53,863 nt of DNA. Origin: an uncultured Alphaproteobacteria bacterium (GTDB lineage Bacteria; Pseudomonadota; Alphaproteobacteria; Rhizobiales; JACESI01). A model generated the notes under the pieces. The model was given only the letters and a program-made list of their open reading frames with translations, was not told the origin of the DNA and did no database searches. Shown in pieces: positions 19,313 through 28,787 of this stretch. Both the position numbers and the translations under genes were made by a program. Location: positions 1 to 53,863 of the forward strand of contig CALHLB010000007.1 of the NCBI GenBank assembly GCA_938034375.1, read 5' to 3'. Within the stretch, counting starts at the first letter, position 1. Each line of letters starts with the position of its first letter.

Positions 19313-22300
19313 AACCGCCAGTATCGCCATAAAAAATATTAACAAAAACACGTCTGATATCAGCCCCAACACCAACAAGAGCTGGAACCAGAAAAAGAAT
19401 AAGAAAGGTTGCATAAGCCAAACCGAAAACAATGGTAATGACCATTGGTAAAAGAAACTGCGCCTGACGACTTGTTTCAAACATAAGCGGCGTAAGACCT
19501 CCAATAGTAGATAGAGATGTTAAAAGCACCGCCCGCAACCTGTCACGACTAGCGCCTGTTGCCGCATCAAAAAATGTATCACCACCTGCCCGCCTTTCTC
19601 GAAAGCGACTCATTAAAATGAGTGAGTCATTAACAAGAATACCTGAAAGGCCAAGCATACCAACAAATGATAAAATGGTGAGTTTAAAGCCTAAAAGGTA
19701 ATGACCAACAATGGCCCCGACAACACCAAAGGGAATAATCGTCATAACAGCCAAAGGCGCAATATAAGAACCAAACATCCATGCAAGGATAATATAGATA
19801 AGAATAAGGGCAAGGCCTACACCTATGCGTAAATCAGCAAAAGCATCCGCTCGTTCCTTATCTTTACCATCATAGAGATAGGAAATACCATAAGTAGAAA
19901 CAATCTCAGAAATACTGTCATTTTCTTCCAGTTCGTCAATGACTTCTTGCGTGGTGGTAATATTATCATCAATATCTGCTGTAACAGAAACCGTTAATTT
20001 GCCATTACGCCTTTGAAGGGCTGAAAAACCCTGTCTTTGAGTAATATCAACGACCTCACCCAAGGGTATAAAAATACCGGAAGGTGCGCGAAGCTGAAAA
20101 TTGCGTAAACCATCCGCGCCACTTTCAAAAAACAGCTGTTTAACACGAAGAGTTATTTCATCATCCCCCTCTGGTAAACGGCGGGCAATGGAACCTTCAA
20201 AAGCATTTCTTACCTGCCGGCCTACATCATCAATGGACAGGCCAAGCGTGCGCCCCCTATCATTAAGGTCAAGAATAATTTCAGGCTTGCCATAAGGAAG
20301 ACTGTCTGCCACCCCAGAAACACCGGGAATTGCAGAAATCATAGCCATGATCTCAACAGCAGCTTTTTTTAATGTTCCAGGCGTCCCGCCCTGTAATTGA
20401 ATATCAATATCCCGACCTGGTGATCCCCCACGACGCTGTGAAATAGCAAAACTTTTAATACCAGTAATGGAAGGAACAGCCTTGCGCCATGTTCGAACAA
20501 TATCAGGCGTTCTAACTGAACGAATTTCAGAAACCGTCAAATCAACCTTTACTTCCGCAAAATTCTGCCCGCGATTAACGCCAGACTGGCCATAAGTTAT
20601 AAGAATATTGTCAATAAAATTTTCCCCTTCCCCCAACGTACCTTCAAGGGCATAAGCAGATTTTTCAATCTTTGATAAAATCTCCAAAGCCTGTTTACGG
20701 GGTAGACCAGCATGCAAAACAACATGTGCCGTAATCGTTTCCGCTTCTGGTGAGGGGAAAAAGCTGAAACCGATTTTACCACCACGCATCAGGCCAATGG
20801 CGCATACCAACATGGAAGCCACGCAAAGCGCCAAAGTAACATAACGCCAACGGAAAGACAGGTTGAGAAGGCGCGCAAACAAATAATCGCGGAAAACCTC
20901 AAATCCACGGTCAAAAACCTGCCTGAATCGATTTTGTCCATTCCCTGATTTTCGTAATGAGCAGCGTGCAAAAAGATAACAAAAAATCTCAAAAATGCTG
21001 CCAATGCAAAAGGCAAAAAATCCGATAAGAAAAGGAGTAGCACCAGCAGGAAATAAATTCACCAGAGTTTTTACAAGATAAATAAATCCGAAAATAAACG
21101 CCCCTAATCCATATAAAAACCAATTAAAGAAAATCAAAGATAAGCTGATAAGCCATGATGTAAAAAGGTGAATCGTTGCAAAAAGAGGGCTTAGAATGAA
21201 TTGAAGGCCATAAAAAAGTGCCCGAATAAGAAAAGATAAAAGACCATCGTTTGAAATAAAAGAAACCCAGCTTTCAGCTGTCATCCAGTCTTTATAAATA
21301 TCAAAACCATTGGCAAAAGTAATATTCCCATCAAAAGCAGTTTGAATAAGGGTAGCCGTAGAGCCTGCTTCCAACTGAAGTGCTGCAACACAAAAAGCAG
21401 CCAATAAAAGCGAAACAATAAACTGGCGCCAAGGTGACCATAGGCGTTTTGGCTTATCGTTTAAGGCATGGGCCAAATGACCAGGCAGAATGAAAAAACA
21501 TTCAATAACGCTCGCAATTAATGTACAAATAACAACAATTGGAATAACACCCATTATTTGGCCCACAACATCACCAATTAAAAGAATAGGCCCAAAAGCT
21601 GCAGCCGTTGTTAGGCTTGCCGCCACAACCGGTAAGACCATGCGTCCCGCACCACGTTCAGCTGCAAGAAAAGAAGGGTCCCCCATCTGATAACGGGTGG
21701 CAGTGTGTTCACCCACCACAATTGCGTCATCAACAATAATGCCCAGCATCATAAGAAGAGCAAAAAGCGAAACCATATTAATGGTCTGCCCTGCCAGAAA
21801 CATAACGGCCAAAGTTGCTGCAATTGCAACAGGAATGCCCGCTGTAACCCAAAAAGCAACCCGCGCATTTAAAAAAATAAATAAAACCAGAATAACCAGA
21901 AGAAGGCCACCAATACCATTTTTCAAAAGAAGTTGAATACGTGCACGAAGCGCATCTGTTCGACTGGCATCCGCTTCAATAACAAGCGATTTTGGGAATA
22001 TCTGCTTAGCCTCGACAAGATAATCATCAACGATTTGACTAAGCTTCAATGCATCAGAATTCTCAGCCCTATCAAGTCGCATGGTAATCGCCGGATTACC
22101 ATTTACAAGGGTGCGAGGTTGGTCTTCATCATAGGCACGCTGTAGTGTTGCAACATCCCCTAAGAGTAGACGTTCCCCGCTTTCAAAGGCCAAAATTTCA
22201 ACATCGCGTAGACTTTTAATTTGTGCCGTTTCACCCAGCGTTCTGATCTGGCGATCAATAGCCCCTTTTAAGTCGCCAGAAGGCAAATCCTGCGTATTAT

Positions 22301-22943
22301 TGCGAAGAACGGAAGAAATATCACCAATCGTCAAATCCAGTTTTTGTTGCACGCCTTCATGAATATCGATATGAACTTCTTCATCTCTCAAACCAGTAAA
22401 AACGACCTGGTCGATTCCCCTTGTTAAAAAGTCATCGCGCATACGTTTTGCAAAAACACGCATCGTTTTTTCAGGAAAAGGTCCATGGATGGTTAAGGTG
22501 GCAACCCGATCAAAAAACCGTAACGCCTTAATTTCAGGATCTTCAGAATCTTCAGGCAAGGTCGTAATCTTATCAATGGCGGCATCAATATCGGCTTCCG
22601 CTTCTTTAAGGTCTGCTCCTTGTTCATATTCAAGGGTAATGGAAGCCCCGCCCTCACGCGCTGTTGAATCGATCTTTTTCACATCCTCCAAAAAACGAAT
22701 TTGCGGCTCAACAGCTGCAAGAATATTGGCTTCAACATCTTCCGCGCTCGCACCAGGCCAATTAATATTAACAACAATACGGTCAATAACAAAATTTGGG
22801 AAAAACTGAGTATTAAGCTTTAATCCTGCAAAAAGTCCCGCAATCAAAAGAAAAACCATTAAAAGATTTGCCGCATTAGGGTGGTGGACGAAAAAACTAA
22901 CGATACGCGCTTTTTCATTTCGGTCAAAAGAGGAATGCCGCAT
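19269..22943 (-). CDS. RND-family efflux transporter permease (AcrB/AcrD/AcrF-type) with an atypical extra hydrophobic insertion
   Basis: Typical RND N-terminus (FFVHHPNAANLLMVFLLIAGL..LNTQFFPN), two large periplasmic loops and two TM bundles. It is 1224 aa versus the usual ~1030-1050, owing to a ~165-aa insertion at about aa 503-665. Confidence 0.88.
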   Translation of the reverse strand: MRHSSFDRNEKARIVSFFVHHPNAANLLMVFLLIAGLFAGLKLNTQFFPNFVIDRIVVNINWPGASAEDVEANILAAVEPQIRFLEDVKKIDSTAREGGASITLEYEQGADLKEAEADIDAAIDKITTLPEDSEDPEIKALRFFDRVATLTIHGPFPEKTMRVFAKRMRDDFLTRGIDQVVFTGLRDEEVHIDIHEGVQQKLDLTIGDISSVLRNNTQDLPSGDLKGAIDRQIRTLGETAQIKSLRDVEILAFESGERLLLGDVATLQRAYDEDQPRTLVNGNPAITMRLDRAENSDALKLSQIVDDYLVEAKQIFPKSLVIEADASRTDALRARIQLLLKNGIGGLLLVILVLFIFLNARVAFWVTAGIPVAIAATLAVMFLAGQTINMVSLFALLMMLGIIVDDAIVVGEHTATRYQMGDPSFLAAERGAGRMVLPVVAASLTTAAAFGPILLIGDVVGQIMGVIPIVVICTLIASVIECFFILPGHLAHALNDKPKRLWSPWRQFIVSLLLAAFCVAALQLEAGSTATLIQTAFDGNITFANGFDIYKDWMTAESWVSFISNDGLLSFLIRALFYGLQFILSPLFATIHLFTSWLISLSLIFFNWFLYGLGAFIFGFIYLVKTLVNLFPAGATPFLIGFFAFCIGSIFEIFCYLFARCSLRKSGNGQNRFRQVFDRGFEVFRDYLFARLLNLSFRWRYVTLALCVASMLVCAIGLMRGGKIGFSFFPSPEAETITAHVVLHAGLPRKQALEILSKIEKSAYALEGTLGEGENFIDNILITYGQSGVNRGQNFAEVKVDLTVSEIRSVRTPDIVRTWRKAVPSITGIKSFAISQRRGGSPGRDIDIQLQGGTPGTLKKAAVEIMAMISAIPGVSGVADSLPYGKPEIILDLNDRGRTLGLSIDDVGRQVRNAFEGSIARRLPEGDDEITLRVKQLFFESGADGLRNFQLRAPSGIFIPLGEVVDITQRQGFSALQRRNGKLTVSVTADIDDNITTTQEVIDELEENDSISEIVSTYGISYLYDGKDKERADAFADLRIGVGLALILIYIILAWMFGSYIAPLAVMTIIPFGVVGAIVGHYLLGFKLTILSFVGMLGLSGILVNDSLILMSRFRERRAGGDTFFDAATGASRDRLRAVLLTSLSTIGGLTPLMFETSRQAQFLLPMVITIVFGLAYATFLILFLVPALVGVGADIRRVFVNIFYGDTGGFKPARKQVKEEPEL

Positions 22944-22951
22944 AAGAAGTC

Positions 22952-24442
22952 CTAACCGCGTGGTTTATCTAATTGCGCTTTAGCAGATTGTCCCTTGTCA
23001 ACCTTGTTTTCAGCCTGACTGGCCGTTCTAATAAGAAGCCCGTTTCCAGCTTCTGCAAGTTGGGTAATTAGAACTTCTTCCCCCTCGTTTAACCCATGGG
23101 TAATAATAACATCTTGCCCATCATAAGCCGCAAGCGTTACGGTGCGGGCTTCAAGGCGATTATTACTCTTTACAACATAAACAGTCGAACCATTGTAAAG
23201 CGCGCTTTCAGGTAGTCTAAAGGAATTATAAAAAATTTGGTCGGGGACATGGACACTAACAAAAGCGCCTGGCCGAATACTGCCAGGATCTGCCACAATA
23301 TCAAGACGTGCAAAAACCGAAATTCCTCCACGATTTGCCGTAATTTCGGCTCCAATGCGATCAATATGAGCTGGAAAGACCGATTTTTTTTGCCCCACAT
23401 CCCAATAAACATTAACTTTATAGCCCTCAAGCTCTCTTTGGGAACTCGCCAATCGACCATATTGTGCATCTGAAAGCAAAAAACGTACATCAAGCGTTTC
23501 AGCCTCATAAATATCAAGAACACTTTGGGTCGCGCTTATTGTTTGTCCAAGCTCAACATTCATCATTTGAACAACACCCTTAAACGGCGCTTTCAAAACC
23601 GTATCCCGTACCTGTTGCTCTCTATTGCGTAAAACAACCTCAAAACGTTGCAGGGCGGCGATACGCGCTTCAACCTGCGCTTCTTGAATGGCGATATTCG
23701 CTCCAGCTGTTTGAAATGCAGCACGTCTTTGACTGAAAATCAGTTTCCTTTCTTCAACGACTCTCGTGGTAATTGACCCAGATTTTAATAGGTTTTCTGC
23801 CCGTTCAAGGTCTAAACGAGCAAGATTGAATTGCTCTTCAGCACGCTGCTCCCCCGTCTTTTCCAAAGTTAAACGCGCTTTTGCTTCTAGAAGAGCTGCT
23901 TTAGCCTCCCGAACATTAGCCTTTGCCTCGTCACGCGCAATTTCAAAGGCAAATGGATTTATTCGTAACAAAATATCATCTTTTTGAAATGAAGCACCCT
24001 GCCTTAAAGCAGGATTAACATATATCACTTCTCCCGCGACCAGAGATGTAAGATTTAATAAGCGTGCGGCAACCACATCACCATACATTTTCATAATTGG
24101 CTGGTTATCCTGCACCCTAATATGCAACGTATCAACCCTATAAGTTCTTTCAGCAAAACTTCTTACAGGACGGTCCTTTTTGGATTTTACCAATTCATTC
24201 ATTAAAAAACTAGCCCCTATCAAAATGGAAGCCATAAGAACAAACTGAAATAAACCCCGCCAGCCTAAAAATCTTTCCCGCAAACACATTTCATCAGTTT
24301 CATCTTTTCCCATATGCTCACGCGCCGAAATGACGTCCTCCACCCGATTCTCTTGCATTGGCAAATTAGAATTCTGGTTCTGGGTTAAAACAGAATCTGT
24401 TGATGAAGGATTCTTATTCATTCTAGGCACAGCCATTTTCAA
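22952..24442 (-). CDS. RND efflux periplasmic adaptor (membrane fusion protein, HlyD family)
   Basis: N-terminal TM anchor, long coiled-coil hairpin (AKANVREAKAALLEAKARLTLEK...), beta-barrel C-terminus; immediately upstream of the RND permease. The start codon is uncertain (long N-terminal extension). Confidence 0.82.
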   Translation of the reverse strand: MKMAVPRMNKNPSSTDSVLTQNQNSNLPMQENRVEDVISAREHMGKDETDEMCLRERFLGWRGLFQFVLMASILIGASFLMNELVKSKKDRPVRSFAERTYRVDTLHIRVQDNQPIMKMYGDVVAARLLNLTSLVAGEVIYVNPALRQGASFQKDDILLRINPFAFEIARDEAKANVREAKAALLEAKARLTLEKTGEQRAEEQFNLARLDLERAENLLKSGSITTRVVEERKLIFSQRRAAFQTAGANIAIQEAQVEARIAALQRFEVVLRNREQQVRDTVLKAPFKGVVQMMNVELGQTISATQSVLDIYEAETLDVRFLLSDAQYGRLASSQRELEGYKVNVYWDVGQKKSVFPAHIDRIGAEITANRGGISVFARLDIVADPGSIRPGAFVSVHVPDQIFYNSFRLPESALYNGSTVYVVKSNNRLEARTVTLAAYDGQDVIITHGLNEGEEVLITQLAEAGNGLLIRTASQAENKVDKGQSAKAQLDKPRG

Positions 24443-24547
24443 ATTAAAAAATACTTTAAAAGATTATATAGATTTAAATAAGAAAAACTTATCAACACAT
24501 GATAATATTTTGATGAACAGGTAAAAATTGGCTTTCGGAGAAGAAAA

Positions 24548-25549
24548 TTAAGATTTTAATTCATTCAGTGATAGAGAATAATCTTCACAACAAAATTCGC
24601 ATTTAATTGAAATTTTATCGTCTTCTGCCAATTCGCCTAAATCATTTTCAGGCATATTTTTTAAAACAGACCAAATCTTTTCACTTGAACACGAACAGCG
24701 GTCAAGAATTTTTTGTGCTGGAAAAAGCCTCAAGCCCTGTTCATGGAACAACCTGAAAAGAAGCTTTTCACAAGGTATCATCGGGTCTGTCACTTCATCA
24801 TCACGTATGGTGGAAAAAAGGGTTTGCGCCTCTTCCCAGGCACAATCTTCTTTGATGTCCAGATCATCGCCAGCATCCCCATCGCCCCCCGGCAAATCAC
24901 GCTGTTTTATACGTTCTTCAGATTCGGGTAAAAACTGCATTAAAAGCCCTCCGGCGCGCCAGCGTGTACCAGCAGTTATACCATCAGTAGAGCAATAAGC
25001 CTCAGCAACGCTTAATCGAACACGGGTTGGAATCTGTTCCGATTGCAAAAAATAGGAATGAGCCACCTCTTCAAGGCTTGCCCCCTCAAGAGCAACCATG
25101 CCTTGATAGCGTTTTGTATGGGCGCCCTGATCGATCGTAAGGGCCAAGATACCCTTTCCCAAAAGTTCTTCCGGATTTGTTTCTTGCCTTTCTTCCGCCA
25201 GTGCCAAGGCATTGCTATCATAACGGGCATAAGCTCGAACGGCATTGGGCGTACGATAATCAACAACAAGCAGAGAAACAGGCCCATCGCTTTGGGTTTG
25301 CAAAATAAGCTGCCCGTCAAACTTCAAGGACGTACCCAATAAAACGGTAAGCACAATAACCTCGCCCAAAAGGCGGGCAACAGGTTCAGGATAATCATGC
25401 CGACTGATAATAGTATCAAGGGCAGACCCCAACTGCACAGCACGTCCCCGCACATCAAGGCTTTCAATGGTAAAGGGAACAACGTGGTCATCACCTGCAA
25501 AATCAATGCTATTAAGATGAACAGCTTGTTCAACACCCTTTTCCATCAC
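24548..25549 (-). CDS. hslO: Redox-regulated chaperone Hsp33
   Basis: Hsp33 fold pattern and a C-terminal zinc centre, CSCSSEK ... CEFCCEDY. Confidence 0.9.
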   Translation of the reverse strand: MMEKGVEQAVHLNSIDFAGDDHVVPFTIESLDVRGRAVQLGSALDTIISRHDYPEPVARLLGEVIVLTVLLGTSLKFDGQLILQTQSDGPVSLLVVDYRTPNAVRAYARYDSNALALAEERQETNPEELLGKGILALTIDQGAHTKRYQGMVALEGASLEEVAHSYFLQSEQIPTRVRLSVAEAYCSTDGITAGTRWRAGGLLMQFLPESEERIKQRDLPGGDGDAGDDLDIKEDCAWEEAQTLFSTIRDDEVTDPMIPCEKLLFRLFHEQGLRLFPAQKILDRCSCSSEKIWSVLKNMPENDLGELAEDDKISIKCEFCCEDYSLSLNELKS

Positions 25550-25558
25550 ATTCCCCGA

Positions 25559-26485
25559 TTAAACATACCCAGATAAACACCATGCCAAAACACTTTTTTG
25601 AGCATGAAGGCGGTTTTCAGCTTCATCAAACACAACCGATTGCGGACCATCCATGACAGAAGATGTCACCTCTTCCTCACGGTGGGCAGGTAAACAATGC
25701 ATAAAGATCGCGTCCTTATCCGCTAAAGCCATCAAAGCATCATTCACCTGATAAGGCATTAAAAGAGCATTGCGGCGTTCAGCTTCTTCATCTCCCATGG
25801 AAACAAACGTATCCGTCACAACACAATCAGCCCCCTTAACAGCATCAATGGGGTCATTGGTAACGCGCACTCTAGCGCCTTTTTGGGATGCCCAGTCCAA
25901 AACAGCTGCTTGAGGTCTTAAAGCATCAGGTACAGCAATTGCCAGTTCAAAATCAAAATGGAAGGCAGCGTGAATAAAAGAAGTAAGAACGTTATTGCCA
26001 TCGCCAGTCCAGGCAATCTTTTTGCCTTTAATTGGGCCTTTATGCTCCTCAAAGGTCATAATATCAGCCATAATCTGGCAAGGATGAGAAAAATCTGTTA
26101 GTCCATTAATTACAGGCACGCTCGCGGCTTCAGCCAATTGTGTAACACGGTCATGTGCCGTTGTTCTTATCATAATGGCATCAACATAACGCGACAGAAC
26201 CTTCGCCGTATCAGAAATTGTCTCACCACGACCCAATTGCATTTCACCACCGGAAAGAACAATAGTCTCTCCCCCAAGTTCCCGCATACCAATATCAAAA
26301 GAAACACGGGTTCGGGTTGATGGCTTGTCAAAGATCATAGCAAGCATCTTGCCCTTAAGGGGCTGAAAAATATCTCGGCCCCCTTCTAAGCGTGCTTTTT
26401 TAATTTCCAGACCCTGATCTAATATATTTCTTAATGTCTGGCTTTCAAATTCTGCCAGATCGAGAAAATCTTTTTTTTCAGTCAT
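25559..26485 (-). CDS. argF: Ornithine carbamoyltransferase
   Basis: STRTR, SHPCQ and HCLP motifs. The start is taken at [10 protein letters not shown] (internal Met of the ORF); 16 nt downstream of the argD stop. Confidence 0.93.
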   Translation of the reverse strand: MTEKKDFLDLAEFESQTLRNILDQGLEIKKARLEGGRDIFQPLKGKMLAMIFDKPSTRTRVSFDIGMRELGGETIVLSGGEMQLGRGETISDTAKVLSRYVDAIMIRTTAHDRVTQLAEAASVPVINGLTDFSHPCQIMADIMTFEEHKGPIKGKKIAWTGDGNNVLTSFIHAAFHFDFELAIAVPDALRPQAAVLDWASQKGARVRVTNDPIDAVKGADCVVTDTFVSMGDEEAERRNALLMPYQVNDALMALADKDAIFMHCLPAHREEEVTSSVMDGPQSVVFDEAENRLHAQKSVLAWCLSGYV

Positions 26486-26501
26486 TTTGGAACCTGATCT
26501 T

Positions 26502-27683
26502 TTAACTTTCGTCACGCACTTTTTGGCAGGCTTTTTCAAGCGTTGAAAGTGCAAAGTCAATTTCATCTTCTAAAACAGTCAAAGGCGGCAAAATACGCAT
26601 AATATAAGTACCAGCTGGAACCGTTAAAAGCTTTTCATCACGTGCAGCTTGAATAAAGGCCATATTAGGGCCTTTTGTCTTTAACCCCAATAAAAGTCCC
26701 TCACCGCGACACTCTTCCAATATGTCAGCATTTTCATCAACAAGTTTTGCAAGTTTTTGTTTAAAAATAAGGCCCTTATGTTTAACTTCATCCAAGAAGC
26801 CATCACCCAAAACAAGGTCAAGAACAGCTGCGCCCACAGCCATAGCAAGTGGGTTGCCGCCATAAGTTGTTCCATGAATGCCAGGTGTAATGCCTGTTGA
26901 TGCCTCTTCAGTGGCAAGACAGACCCCAACAGGAAATCCACCACCAATGCCTTTGGCAACAGCCATAAGATCAGGAGTAACGCCAGCTGCATCCGAAACA
27001 AAAAAATGACCGGTACGACCAACACCACACTGCACTTCATCGAAAATCAATAAAATACCGTGTTCATCACATAAATCGCGCATACCCCTTAAACATTCAT
27101 AAGGGACAGGACGAATGCCCCCTTCCCCTTGAATAGGCTCGATAAGGATAGCAGCTGTTTTTTCATTAACAGCTGCTTTCAACGCATCATGGTCTGCAAA
27201 AGGCACCTGATCAAAACCATCAATATGCGGGCCAAAACCTTCAAGATATTTATCTTTACCGCCGGCAGCAATGGTTGCCAATGTGCGGCCATGGAAAGCC
27301 CCCTCAAAAGTGATAATACGATTACGCTTCGTATCCCCCTTAAGCCAATGATAGCGGCGTGCCGTTTTAATCGCGCATTCCATCGCCTCAGCACCCGAAT
27401 TTACAAAAAAGGCGCGATCAGCAAATGTTGCCGCAATCAATCTATCTGCAAAGGCGTTTTGCTCCGCAATATCATAAAGGTTGGAAAGGTGCCAAATGCC
27501 CTCTGCCTGCTTTTTCAAAGCCTCCACAAGGTGTGGATGTGCATATCCAAAAGCATTCACAGCAATGCCAGAGCCAAAATCTAGATATTTTTCATTTTTA
27601 TCAGTCGTAAGCCACGAGCCTTTACCTGAAACGAATGTAAGCGGAATGCGATTGTAAGCATTATAAAGTGCTAGGGAGACCAT
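26502..27683 (-). CDS. argD: Acetylornithine (class III) aminotransferase
   Basis: Class-III PLP aminotransferase pattern ([36 protein letters not shown]); operon with argF. Confidence 0.9.
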   Translation of the reverse strand: MVSLALYNAYNRIPLTFVSGKGSWLTTDKNEKYLDFGSGIAVNAFGYAHPHLVEALKKQAEGIWHLSNLYDIAEQNAFADRLIAATFADRAFFVNSGAEAMECAIKTARRYHWLKGDTKRNRIITFEGAFHGRTLATIAAGGKDKYLEGFGPHIDGFDQVPFADHDALKAAVNEKTAAILIEPIQGEGGIRPVPYECLRGMRDLCDEHGILLIFDEVQCGVGRTGHFFVSDAAGVTPDLMAVAKGIGGGFPVGVCLATEEASTGITPGIHGTTYGGNPLAMAVGAAVLDLVLGDGFLDEVKHKGLIFKQKLAKLVDENADILEECRGEGLLLGLKTKGPNMAFIQAARDEKLLTVPAGTYIMRILPPLTVLEDEIDFALSTLEKACQKVRDES

Positions 27684-27728
27684 AATTCATTACCAAATTA
27701 AAAAACACATAACGGGCAGAAGAGTTCT

Positions 27729-27763
27729 TAAAAAAGAAAAAGCCGCCCTGAAGCAGGCGGCTT
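27729..27763 (-). terminator. Strong intrinsic terminator-like hairpin on the minus strand, ~45 nt upstream of the argD start (orphan terminator or leader attenuator)
   Basis: The minus strand reads AGCCGCCTGCTTCAGGGCGGCT followed by TTTTTCTTTTTT. No minus-strand ORF lies upstream of it. Confidence 0.6.
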
Positions 27764-28108
27764 CTCTTCATGTGTAAAAGATAGCACATTTTATATCAGA
27801 TCTGTCAAGGTCAATCTATAAACCGTGAATATCGAAAGCCGCACTCCAGCTACCAACGACTCGCATGAGTTGCAACTAAAACAAGAAGACTCGTTCTGAT
27901 TCGTTGTCAATGCACTTCATTTGGGGACAAGTTAAAGAAAGGTAAATTTTTGCCCTTTGAACATTTGATTGAAAATAGAACGATAGAGTATTCTTAATCT
28001 TAAACGATGCGGCTATCCAAAGACTGTAAAGTAATGATGCAAAAAGCCTTTTAGCTTTTGCAACAACTCTTGGATTCTGCCATCAATACCAATACGAGGA
28101 AAAGAAAC

Positions 28109-28624
28109 ATGGCCTGGACAGACGAAAGAGTAGAAATTTTAAAAAAGCTTTGGGCAGAAGGATTGAGCGCAAGCCAAATTGCTTCAGAACTAGGTGGTGT
28201 GACACGTAATGCGGTTATTGGTAAAGTACACCGCCTTGGCCTATCAGGGCGCGGCAAAACTTCTGCTGCAAGCCCACGCACCCGCCAAGCCCGCACACAA
28301 ACCCCATCAACAAAACCGGTAAATCCAGGCACTGCAACGATTGGAAATGCAGCTCTGAAACTTTCCCCTGAAACACAGATACAAAAAGCACCCCAAACCC
28401 GCTCTTCTTCTTTTAAGGAACTTGTTATACCTTTTGGTGAACGCGCAAATATTATGGACTTAACAGAACATACATGCCGCTGGCCAATTGGTGACCCCAC
28501 AAGCAAAGATTTTCATTTCTGTGGCAAAAAAACGGAAGAAGGCATTCCTTATTGCACTTACCATAAAGAAGTGGCTTATCAAAATTCAACAGACAAACGC
28601 CAAAAGAAAGTTGTAAACGGCTAG
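28109..28624 (+). CDS. gcrA: Cell-cycle transcriptional regulator GcrA
   Basis: MAWTDERVEILKKLWAEGLSASQIASELGGVTRNAVIGKVHRLGL and C-terminal CRWPIGDP...FCG.....PYC..H are hallmark GcrA motifs. Confidence 0.93.
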   Translation: MAWTDERVEILKKLWAEGLSASQIASELGGVTRNAVIGKVHRLGLSGRGKTSAASPRTRQARTQTPSTKPVNPGTATIGNAALKLSPETQIQKAPQTRSSSFKELVIPFGERANIMDLTEHTCRWPIGDPTSKDFHFCGKKTEEGIPYCTYHKEVAYQNSTDKRQKKVVNG

Positions 28625-28637
28625 GAAAGCTATATAA

Positions 28638-28657
28638 AGCCCCAAAACTAGGGGCTT
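28638..28657 (+). terminator. Hairpin downstream of gcrA (AAGCCCC-N6-GGGGCTT), weak T tract
   Basis: 7-bp stem 14 nt after the gcrA stop, followed only by TTCAAT. Confidence 0.4.
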
Positions 28658-28787
28658 CAATAGTCAGTAGACCTACAATAGCTTAAACCTTGATTTATCC
28701 AAATAAAACCCTACTGAGTTTATTCTAACGATTTAGTAACTTTTATGTTGATATTATTCCCTCAAATTTAATGTCGGGGGACATAAC

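Noticed and set aside
27932-28020. CtrA-box-like TTAA-N7-TAAA and DnaA-box-like CTATCCAAA upstream of gcrA
   Set aside because: Each deviates from its consensus, and such matches are frequent in AT-rich sequence, so they are mentioned only as context in the GANTC finding.
28051-28506. 151-aa minus-strand ORF
   Set aside because: It is fully antisense to gcrA, whose product has unmistakable conserved motifs, and it has no recognisable features of its own.
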